A DNA stretch of 64,000 bases from positions 832,001 through 896,000 of the forward strand of contig CAVUKB010000007.1 of the NCBI GenBank assembly GCA_963741955.1, written 5' to 3'. The translations under genes were made by a program, and so were the position numbers. Below, in pieces: positions 56,370-64,000 of this stretch; position 1 is the stretch's first letter; the number at the start of each line of letters is the position of its first letter. Source of the DNA: an uncultured Acidobacteriota bacterium (GTDB lineage Bacteria; Acidobacteriota; Thermoanaerobaculia; Gp7-AA8). Under the pieces are notes generated by a model. That model was not told the DNA's origin. It saw nothing but the letters and a program-made list of their open reading frames with translations, and searched no databases.

Positions 56370-56987
56370 TCATTGGATCGCCGCGACGCCGGCCGGCGCA
56401 CCGTCTGTTTGCCCGTCGTGTCCCACGAGGATCGGATAGGGATCGATCGACGTCCCCTTCCACCACGCGCCGTCGGCAGAGGGGCGCTCCACCCCGAAGT
56501 GGAGGTGGGGGAAGTTCTTTGGCGCGTTTCCGCTGGTGCCGACGAATCCGATGACTTCCCCCCTCTTCACCTCGGCGCCTTCACGGAGACCGAAAGCATA
56601 GTGATCGAGGTGCGCGTAGTAGTAGACGAGATGGCGCCGGGGACCGGCGAGATAGATGGTGTGTCCTCCGGCGGGGCTCTCGTGAAGCTTCAGGATCCGC
56701 CCCGCGGCGACGGCGAGAACGGGAGTTCCGCGTGGCGCGGGAATGTCGATCGCCTCGTGAAGATGGCCGCTGCGGGGAGCGTTGAACGAGTCGCGAAGGT
56801 CGGTCACCGAAACTCCTTCGACCGGAAGGACGAGACTGTCGGGATTCAGCGCCTGCGCTGCAGTGGTGCGAGAAGGTGCAGCGCTCTCAACGTGAGGAGC
56901 TCGGCGCGAAACGACATGCTGCACGACGAACGCCGCACCGGCCACGATGAGCGCGACCCTGCAGATCACGCGGAGATTCCGGCTCAT
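56370..56987 (-). CDS. M23 family metallopeptidase
   Basis: HEAIDI.APRGTPV.A, YYAHL, VG.SGNA, PHLHF. Confidence 0.92.
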   Translation of the reverse strand: MSRNLRVICRVALIVAGAAFVVQHVVSRRAPHVESAAPSRTTAAQALNPDSLVLPVEGVSVTDLRDSFNAPRSGHLHEAIDIPAPRGTPVLAVAAGRILKLHESPAGGHTIYLAGPRRHLVYYYAHLDHYAFGLREGAEVKRGEVIGFVGTSGNAPKNFPHLHFGVERPSADGAWWKGTSIDPYPILVGHDGQTDGAPAGVAAIQ

Positions 56988-57097
56988 GAATACCCGAACA
57001 GGAAGGGAGTGGGGGAAAGTCCGCCGGGCTCTGCCTCTGGGGCCGCACGGCCACCGCGGCGGTCGCGCAGATGCCGCACTCTCCGCGGCGGATTACG

Positions 57098-57157
57098 AAT
57101 CCGCACTCCAGGGCGAGAAGCGTGGATTGTGGCGAGGAGTGCGGACTCGCAGTCCGC
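57098..57157. repeat. Inverted pair of REP-like hairpins
   Basis: GCGGATTACGAATCCGCACTCC (57098-57119) and GGAGTGCGGACTCGCAGTCCGC (57136-57157). Confidence 0.65.
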
Positions 57158-57281
57158 CACGAGGATTGCGGCTCACATCCGGCAGTCGCACCACCCGCGC
57201 CCGTGGCAGAAGCGAGGCGGACTGGTTGAATCGTGAACGCCGGTGACGCGTGGATCGATCGGTCCACCGTATCGTCGGTTC

Positions 57282-59288
57282 CTACTCCTCGTGCTCGGCC
57301 GTCTTCTTTGTGGTGACGAACCAGAGATACGCGCAGAGTCCGATGAAGAGGACCAGAGAAATACTCTGCGAGACGGGATCGAAGCCGAAGAACGGAGTGT
57401 GGATCAGATCCTCGCGATACCAGGGAAAGAGGCGCATCGCGGCGCCGATCACGCCGCCGAGCGCGCCTCCCGCCATCAGTCCGGACGCGATGATCACGCC
57501 CCGCTCGCGTGTGGTTCGTCCGCGCGACGGCGACTGGCGCTCGGATCTCCGGATCACGAAATGAGAGATGATTCCGCCGACCAGCGCCGGTGTGTTCAGC
57601 TCGAGAGGAAGATACATTCCGAGCGCGAAGATCAGTGCCGGGACCCCGAGCATCTCCATCGCCACCGCGACCATGCCGCCGGCGATGAAGAGGAGATACG
57701 CGATTGGCTGACGGTTCATGAACCCCTCGACCAGCGCCTGCATGATCGAAGCTTGCGGTGCGGCGAGAACCGGGCGGAGATCGCCGGCGGCCTGTTCGCC
57801 GAACTGGAAGACCTTCGCCAGCATCACGATGGTGAGGCCGACCGCGATCGACGAGGCAATCACGCCGAGGAACTTCACCCGCTCCTGCGCGGCGGGGGTG
57901 GAGCCGATCCAGTATCCCGTCTTCAGATCGGTGATGGTCTGTCCGGACACCGCGAGCGCAGTACACACCATCCCCGCGATGGCCATCACGAAGAACATCC
58001 CCGTCGATCCCGACAGACCGAACCGGAGCAACACCACCGCGGAGATGATGATGGTGAGCATGGTCATCCCGGAGACGGGATTCCGCGCCGTGGTGGCGAT
58101 CGCGTTCGCCGCGACGGATGCGAAGAAGAACGAGAAGACGAGGGTGATCACCAGACCCGCGAAGAGAACCACCGCGGTCGTGTGGAGACTGCCGAAGAAA
58201 ATCGCCACACCGAGTGAAGAGATCACCACGCCGAGGAGAATGGACATGATGCTGATGTCACGGTCGGTCCGCTCGAGTTTGTGGCTGGTGTCTCCTGCGC
58301 GGAACGCCTTTCCCGCGATGGCGAATGATCCGGCGACGATACGGAGCGATTTGATGATCCCGAAGATGCCAGCGGTGGCGATCGCTCCGACGCCGACGTA
58401 TCGCACGTAGCCGCGGAAGATCTGCTCGGCCGACATCTGGGCGATGGGAATGGTCGCGGGGTAGACCGCGGTGGGGAAGTGCTGGCCGATCATCCAGATC
58501 AGAGGGACGAGAACGAAGTTCGCCAGAACGCCGCCCGCGACGAGGATCATCGACGAGCGGAGTCCCATCACGTAGCCGAGCCCGAGAATGAAGGCGACGG
58601 CGTCGAAGCGGAAGACGATCTTCGCCTTCTCGGCGAGGTTCTGCACCGACGGGAGGAACTGGAAGTCGAGATACTCCTTCCATACTTCGAACGTGGTGAC
58701 GAAGAAGTCGTAGATGCCGGCGATCACCGTCGCCTGCACGAGGAGCTTCGCCTGTGAGCCTCCCTTTTCTCCCGTCACCAGCACTTCGGTGATTGCGGTG
58801 GCCTCGGGGTAAGGGAACTTCCCGTGCATCTCGCGCACGAAGTAGCGTCGCAGAGGAATGAGAAACAGCACGCCGAGACAGCCGCCGGCGAGACAGATGA
58901 AGATCGTCTGCAGGGGATTTGGATCGAGGTCGAGGGTATAGAGCGCCGGAAGGGTGAAGATCGCTCCCGCGACGACCGCTCCCGACGCGCCGCCGATCGC
59001 GGTGATGATCACGTTCTCGAGGAGGGTGGAGCGGCGGCTGTAGAGCCGGGCCATACCGATCGCGAGGATGGAGATCGGGATGGCAGCTTCCATCACCTGA
59101 CCGACTTTCAGTCCGGAGTACGCGGACGCCACGGTGAAGACGACGCAGAGGACCACGCCCCAACCGACCGAGCGGAGAGTGGTCTCCGGCATCTTCGACT
59201 GAGGAGGAATGATCGGGGTGTAGAGCTCCTCGTCGGCGAGAGGGATGTAGGCGTTGTCCGGGAGCGACTTGGCTTCGAGCGCGTCCAT
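57282..59288 (-). CDS. OPT family oligopeptide transporter
   Basis: E.T.RS, AY.GLKVG, LENV, IPLRR, YPEA.A, NP.SGMT, DLKTGY..G.TP, APQA, ASGL.AGGAL. Confidence 0.93.
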   Translation of the reverse strand: MDALEAKSLPDNAYIPLADEELYTPIIPPQSKMPETTLRSVGWGVVLCVVFTVASAYSGLKVGQVMEAAIPISILAIGMARLYSRRSTLLENVIITAIGGASGAVVAGAIFTLPALYTLDLDPNPLQTIFICLAGGCLGVLFLIPLRRYFVREMHGKFPYPEATAITEVLVTGEKGGSQAKLLVQATVIAGIYDFFVTTFEVWKEYLDFQFLPSVQNLAEKAKIVFRFDAVAFILGLGYVMGLRSSMILVAGGVLANFVLVPLIWMIGQHFPTAVYPATIPIAQMSAEQIFRGYVRYVGVGAIATAGIFGIIKSLRIVAGSFAIAGKAFRAGDTSHKLERTDRDISIMSILLGVVISSLGVAIFFGSLHTTAVVLFAGLVITLVFSFFFASVAANAIATTARNPVSGMTMLTIIISAVVLLRFGLSGSTGMFFVMAIAGMVCTALAVSGQTITDLKTGYWIGSTPAAQERVKFLGVIASSIAVGLTIVMLAKVFQFGEQAAGDLRPVLAAPQASIMQALVEGFMNRQPIAYLLFIAGGMVAVAMEMLGVPALIFALGMYLPLELNTPALVGGIISHFVIRRSERQSPSRGRTTRERGVIIASGLMAGGALGGVIGAAMRLFPWYREDLIHTPFFGFDPVSQSISLVLFIGLCAYLWFVTTKKTAEHEE

Positions 59289-59482
59289 TCAGGCTCCAGG
59301 CGGCGCCGGTTCGAGTCGGGAGAAGTCGGCGCCGCGTTCGAGCCCGCCGGGAACGGACTCGTCGGGCGAAATGGTAACCGATCAGCGCCCGGCACGGACG
59401 GATTTCGTAAACGGAGATTGAAAAACCGAGCCCGGATCGTCGCTCCGCAGCAGAAGTCTCGTGAACAGTCCGGGCTGGAGGG

Positions 59483-59902
59483 TCAGCGGACCTCGATCAG
59501 GTGAAAGTCGACGTACTCCGACGGCCGGAGCGGATCGTCGGTGAACCAGACCCGCCGCACCTCTCCGGGAGTCATGTCGTCCATCGCATGGCGCCACTCT
59601 TCGGGGACGTTCTTCCACACTGCGGAATGCGAGGTGGTTTCCTTCTTCTGGGACTGAAAGGTGATGGTGGTCGTGAACGCGACCCGGAGGGCCGACGGAT
59701 CGTCCTCGATGGGAGCCCCTCTGCCGTGGCGGAGGGTGATGTAGAAGATGCCGTCGGCCGCGCGGGTGATTCCTCCCGGCAGAACCTCGCGAGCTCGCGT
59801 GGTCGCGGTTGCGGCTCGGCCGGGTTCGGCGGGAGCGCCGCACCCGAGGAGCGGAAGAATCGCGAGTGCGATCAGGGAGAGGGAGAAGGTCTTGCGGCTC
59901 AC
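59483..59902 (-). CDS. Lipoprotein, degenerate FKBP-like fold
   Basis: Lipobox LLGC. G..Y..LR.G.G, V..W..A...M..GE.RRVW, F.L. Confidence 0.5.
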   Translation of the reverse strand: MSRKTFSLSLIALAILPLLGCGAPAEPGRAATATTRAREVLPGGITRAADGIFYITLRHGRGAPIEDDPSALRVAFTTTITFQSQKKETTSHSAVWKNVPEEWRHAMDDMTPGEVRRVWFTDDPLRPSEYVDFHLIEVR

Positions 59903-59981
59903 GGTAAGGGATTTTAACCCGGACCCCACGGTGCGAGCACCGGCAGGAGCCGCCGCGGCGTCAGTAGGTCGTTCCAGCGCG

Positions 59982-62084
59982 TTACCCGTCGAGCATTCCG
60001 AGCTGCCACATGAAGAAGATCCGCTGGTCCGCGACGTCCCGGATGCGGAGGTCGAGCGGCTTTCCCTGGCCGTGGCCGGCCTCCCGATCGATCCATAGAA
60101 GCACCGGCCGCGCATCGGGATCGGACGCAGTCACTTCCTGCATCCGCGCGGCCATCTTCCTGGCGTGCAGCGCGTGCACCCGGGTGTCGTTCTCTCCCGC
60201 GGTGAAGAGAACGGCCGGATACTTCGCGCCCGGCTTCACGTTGTGGTAAGGGGAGTAGTCGAGAAGATACCGGAACTGCGCCGGATCTTCGGCTGAGCCG
60301 TATTCAGGAACCCAGTACCGCGCCATCAGGAAGTGGTGGTAGCGCAGCATGTCGAGCAGCGGTACTGCGCAGACCGCCGCGGCGAACAGCTCCGGGCGCT
60401 GCACGAGCGCCGCGCCGGTGAGAAGACCGCCGTTCGACCCGCCGGAGATCGCGAGTCTCGATGGATTCGTGTAGCGCCGGTCGATCAGCCACTCCGCAGC
60501 GGCGATGAAGTCGTCGAAGACGTTCTGTTTTCGATCCAGCATCCCATCGCGATGCCAGCTCTCGCCGAATTCGCCTCCGCCGCGAAGATTCGGCAGTGCA
60601 TAGACCCCTCCCGCTTCGAACCAGGGGAAGAGCGTCGCCATGAACGCCGGAGTTTCCGGAATCCCGAATCCTCCGTAGCCGGTGAGGAGCACCGGATTGT
60701 TCCCGTCGAGCTCCAGTCCCTTCCGGTGCACGAGGAACATCGGGACCCGCGTGCCGTCCTTCGACGGATAGAAGATCTGCTCGACTTCGACCGTAGAAGG
60801 ATCGACCGGGACCGCGGGGCGCGCCCAGAGCTCGCGACTCCCGTCCGCGAGATCGACGCGGTAGATGCTGGTTGGTTCGTTGAAGCTCGTGAAGGTGACG
60901 AAAGCGTCGGTCCGCTCCTCTTCCGTCTCGATCGACGCCGAGCCGATGCCCGGGAGCTCGAGTCGCCGGACGAACGTTCCGTCGAGAGCATGGATCTCGA
61001 TCACGCTCGCGGCATTCTCCAGTGCATCCAGCGCCAGCATGCCCCGAGCAGGCGAGACGCTCTGCAGGATGACGTCCTTCCGTTCGGGGACAATCTCTCG
61101 CCATCGTTCACGATCGGGACGATGGAGATCGACCGCAACGAGCCGTCCATTCGGTGCGCCGAGGGTGGTCTGCATGAAGAGCGTGTCGCCGACCACCGGC
61201 CCCGTGCTGATGGCCTTCTCTCCCTCGACGATCGTTCGCATGGTGACCACGCCGGTCGCGAACCAGTGGCGAAGGTCGATCACCCAAAGGTCGTTCGAAT
61301 CGGTCCCCGTCCAGTATCCGAGGATCATCCATCGTGCATCTCTGGAGGTCCAGGCGAATGGTCCCCACGTCGTGGAGAGTGGGCCTTCCTGGTATTGCGC
61401 GAAGAGGATCGGATCGTCCGCGGCTTCGGCGCCGAGACGGTGGAATCGAATCTGACGCGAGTAGGGGTTCGAAAGATCCGCGAGCCGGGCATAGAAGAAG
61501 CCGGAGGAGTCCGGCATCCATTGAACGTCCTCCACTCGTCCCGCGATGATGTCCGGAAGACGCTCGCCGCGGACGACGTCAACGAGATTGAGTGTCGTGT
61601 TCTCGTCTCCCGCGCGGTAGAGGCCGAACGCCATGAGGGAGCCATCGTGGTTCGGGGCGGTCCAGTCGAGCGCCGTGAGTCCGTCGCGATCGATCGCATT
61701 CGGATCGACCAGCGCCCGGGGAGCGCCGGCGGGGCCTTCCTGCACGTACGAGACGTACTGCGCCTGAGTTCCTGCGCGTTTCCAGAAGAAGATCCGATCG
61801 CCACGCATCTGTGGCGTGTTGATGCTGTCGCACTCCATGAGCCGGCGCAGGCGCGACTCGAGCTCCGCGCGCCCGGGGAGGGAATCCAGCAGACGTCGGG
61901 TGTGGGTGTTCTGAAGGTCGGTCCACTCCGAGACCCGCGCGTCGAGAGCCGGATCATCGTCGGCCTCCGGCGCGGAGCTCCCTTCGAGCCATCGGTATGG
62001 ATCGACGACGGGGACGCGGTGAAGAGTCTCCTTCACCGGTCGGATCTCGGTTGGCGGAGTGGCACACGTTTTCGCTACAGGCAC
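59982..62084 (-). CDS. Prolyl oligopeptidase (S9A)
   Basis: V.DPYRWLE, GYGGF, NLRGGGE.G, GGSNGGLL, DTRV, GHG.GK. Confidence 0.95.
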   Translation of the reverse strand: MPVAKTCATPPTEIRPVKETLHRVPVVDPYRWLEGSSAPEADDDPALDARVSEWTDLQNTHTRRLLDSLPGRAELESRLRRLMECDSINTPQMRGDRIFFWKRAGTQAQYVSYVQEGPAGAPRALVDPNAIDRDGLTALDWTAPNHDGSLMAFGLYRAGDENTTLNLVDVVRGERLPDIIAGRVEDVQWMPDSSGFFYARLADLSNPYSRQIRFHRLGAEAADDPILFAQYQEGPLSTTWGPFAWTSRDARWMILGYWTGTDSNDLWVIDLRHWFATGVVTMRTIVEGEKAISTGPVVGDTLFMQTTLGAPNGRLVAVDLHRPDRERWREIVPERKDVILQSVSPARGMLALDALENAASVIEIHALDGTFVRRLELPGIGSASIETEEERTDAFVTFTSFNEPTSIYRVDLADGSRELWARPAVPVDPSTVEVEQIFYPSKDGTRVPMFLVHRKGLELDGNNPVLLTGYGGFGIPETPAFMATLFPWFEAGGVYALPNLRGGGEFGESWHRDGMLDRKQNVFDDFIAAAEWLIDRRYTNPSRLAISGGSNGGLLTGAALVQRPELFAAAVCAVPLLDMLRYHHFLMARYWVPEYGSAEDPAQFRYLLDYSPYHNVKPGAKYPAVLFTAGENDTRVHALHARKMAARMQEVTASDPDARPVLLWIDREAGHGQGKPLDLRIRDVADQRIFFMWQLGMLDG

Positions 62085-62122
62085 CAGATCATCGCTCCCG
62101 ATCGCATCGCAGAGACCGCGGC

Positions 62123-63352
62123 TCAGAGACCTTCCTGGAGCAGTTGCACCAGCGCGGTTGCCAGAAGTTCGTACTGTGAGCGGCTATTGTAGAGCTGCGC
62201 GGAGATGCGCAGCACGCGAGCCGGAGGCGCCGGCCAGGGAATCACCGGTACTTCGATCCCGAAGCGATCGTAAAGAGCGTCCTGAAGCGGATCGCCATAA
62301 AGGCTTCTGGCGGGACTCGATGTCTGCGAAGGTGGGAGAGGAACGCTGGCCATCGATCCGATCATCGAATCCGGCGCAGTCGGAGGAATCTCCAGCGCAC
62401 CACAGAGAATCTGCCGCGCCTCGAGTGCGAGCTCGTGATTGATCCGCATCACTTCCGGCCATCCACCCGAAACGAGTGACCCAATGGTCCGAATCGCTTC
62501 CGGCACCGCGAGCCAGGGAGTCGGATCGACCGTTCCCATCCAGTCGAACTCGAGGAGATAACGGCTCCGGTCCGTCCGGATCGAGTTGGCGCCGTGACTG
62601 ATGATCGCGGGACGAACCAGCTCCCGCCGATCCTCTCTCACATACAGGAATGCCGCTCCCTTCGGAGCGCAGACCCATTTGTGAAGATTTCCAGTGTAAT
62701 AGGGTACGTCGAGCGCGCGGAGGTCGAGCGGCAACATCCCCGGCGCGTGTGCACCATCGACGAGGAGATCGATTCCGCGCTTCGACAACTCTCCGGCGAT
62801 CGACTCGATCGGAAAAACGAGAGCGGTCTGGCTGCTGACGTGGTCGAGCAGGACCAGGCGCGTCCGGCTGGAGAGGGCGCCGAGTACGGCCTCGACCGCC
62901 TCTCGTTCGTCTCCGATTGGAAACGGCACCGGAGCAGTGATCACGCGAGCGCCGGCGCGTGTGGCTACGAACTCGAGAATGTTTCTCGAGGCGTTGTACT
63001 CGTGGTCGGTGGTGACCAGCTCGTCACCGGCGTGGAGCTCCAGAGAACGAAGTACGGAGTTGACTGCGGTCGTCGCGTTCGGTACGAATGCGACACCGGC
63101 AGGATCGGCGCCGACGAACGACGCAACGGTCGCGCGCGCGGAGTCGAGCAGTCCCTCCAGCTCGCGCGCGAGGAAACGGACCGGCGCCAGCTCGATTGCT
63201 TCGCGCAGCCTTCTCTGCTCGTCGAGCACTCCTCTGGGACACGCGCCGAACGATCCGTGATTCAAAAAGACGGTTCCCCAGTCGAGCATCCAATGGTGTG
63301 CGAGAGGGCTCACGTGCAGGTCCGGCGCGATCAGATCCTCGGTCACGGTCAT
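62123..63352 (-). CDS. Class V PLP-dependent enzyme (isopenicillin N epimerase/C-S lyase-like)
   Basis: FLNHGSFGACP, NAT..VN, DGAHAPG, GNLHKW..PKG, RISAQ.YN. Confidence 0.9.
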   Translation of the reverse strand: MTVTEDLIAPDLHVSPLAHHWMLDWGTVFLNHGSFGACPRGVLDEQRRLREAIELAPVRFLARELEGLLDSARATVASFVGADPAGVAFVPNATTAVNSVLRSLELHAGDELVTTDHEYNASRNILEFVATRAGARVITAPVPFPIGDEREAVEAVLGALSSRTRLVLLDHVSSQTALVFPIESIAGELSKRGIDLLVDGAHAPGMLPLDLRALDVPYYTGNLHKWVCAPKGAAFLYVREDRRELVRPAIISHGANSIRTDRSRYLLEFDWMGTVDPTPWLAVPEAIRTIGSLVSGGWPEVMRINHELALEARQILCGALEIPPTAPDSMIGSMASVPLPPSQTSSPARSLYGDPLQDALYDRFGIEVPVIPWPAPPARVLRISAQLYNSRSQYELLATALVQLLQEGL

Positions 63353-63616
63353 CTCCTGGAAAGGGAATCATCCTACTCGTAATCGAGGGCTTTGCAAGGA
63401 GGGGTGAGAGTCCGCACCGCTCGCCCGCGGCAGTCTCGAGCCATCAATCGTCCGGAATGCCGAATTCAGGTCGAATGTTTTTCTCTCAATGCCGCACTGC
63501 TTTTGGTGAGATCGAGCCTACGGGCGCCGACAGGTCGGATGCGAGCCGGCGCGGCAGACTTCCTTCACCTGAGCCCGGGTCTCCTCGAACGGCAGCACGG
63601 AACGAAAGGAGATTCA

Positions 63617-63820
63617 ATGCGAAGCACAGGCAGCGTGAAGTGGTTCAATGAGTCGAAAGGCTTTGGATTCATTACGACTGACAACGGAGAGGACGTGTTC
63701 GTCCACTACAGTGCGATTCAGTCGCAGGGATTCCGGACGCTCCCCGAGGGCGCTCGCGTCGAGTTCGACGTGGTGAATGGTCCGAAGGGACTGCAGGCGG
63801 CCAACGTCGTAACGATCTGA
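63617..63820 (+). CDS. Cold-shock protein (CspA family)
   Basis: [39 protein letters not shown]. Confidence 0.96.
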   Translation: MRSTGSVKWFNESKGFGFITTDNGEDVFVHYSAIQSQGFRTLPEGARVEFDVVNGPKGLQAANVVTI

Positions 63821-63847
63821 GCTCCAGGTTCGTCACTCGACCGAATC

Positions 63848-63876
63848 AGAGGCGGCCTCCGGGCCGCCTCTCTCTT
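63848..63876 (+). terminator. Rho-independent terminator after csp
   Basis: AGAGGCGGCC-TCCG-GGCCGCCTCT followed by CTCTT. Confidence 0.7.
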
Positions 63877-64000
63877 ATGCGGCGCCGGAAGCGCGGGCTG
63901 GCATTTACGCTGCATTTACGCCTGCGCGGACAGCGTGAGTACACGCCTCCCCGGCCGGAGAGGATTCACCAGTGGCAGAAGAAACAGAGTTTTCAGCTCT

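Noticed and set aside
56988-57281. tRNA or known ncRNA in the GC-rich intergenic gap
   Set aside because: No cloverleaf or T-loop signature. Only REP-like hairpins are supportable.
62123-63352. Beta-lactam or ergothioneine biosynthetic cluster
   Set aside because: The class V enzyme family is widespread, and no NRPS, IPNS or egtB/D genes lie in the window.
63380-63616. cspA-type thermosensor 5' UTR
   Set aside because: A long leader is plausible, but no specific promoter or conserved structure could be supported by eye.

Overview
This is a GC-rich bacterial chromosomal window. Gene content such as the Oar-type TonB receptor, DUF4252/ECF modules, PilZ protein and DUF885 suggests Acidobacteriota, but that is an inference only. 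No rRNA, tRNA, CRISPR array, transposase or prophage was recognised. In order, the window holds: (1) 1-11.6 kb, a 5'-truncated giant Ig/cadherin-repeat adhesin followed by three phage tail-collar (MdpB-like) paralogs, a spermidine-synthase-like methyltransferase, a Tat-signal protein, a YyaL/DUF255-like protein, a GNAT and a convergent DUF6916-like gene, which together are the best candidate for an uncharacterised system; (2) MntP and a PAS-GAF kinase / response regulator / EAL module; (3) an argR-C-B-D-G-H-J operon with tandem ARG boxes; (4) two ECF sigma/anti-sigma modules, a POT transporter, murB and a PilZ protein; (5) a TonB receptor, FabG-like SDR, non-canonical FabH-like enzyme (His/Asn replaced by Thr/Tyr) and acyl-CoA ligase; (6) Rrf2-sbp-cysTWA, malic enzyme, OPT transporter, prolyl oligopeptidase, class V PLP enzyme and a cold-shock protein. 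Intergenic DNA carries two interlocking families of highly structured MITE-like repeats of about 180-220 bp, plus REP-like hairpins and heptamer arrays. All product calls come from motif recognition by eye; no database search was run.
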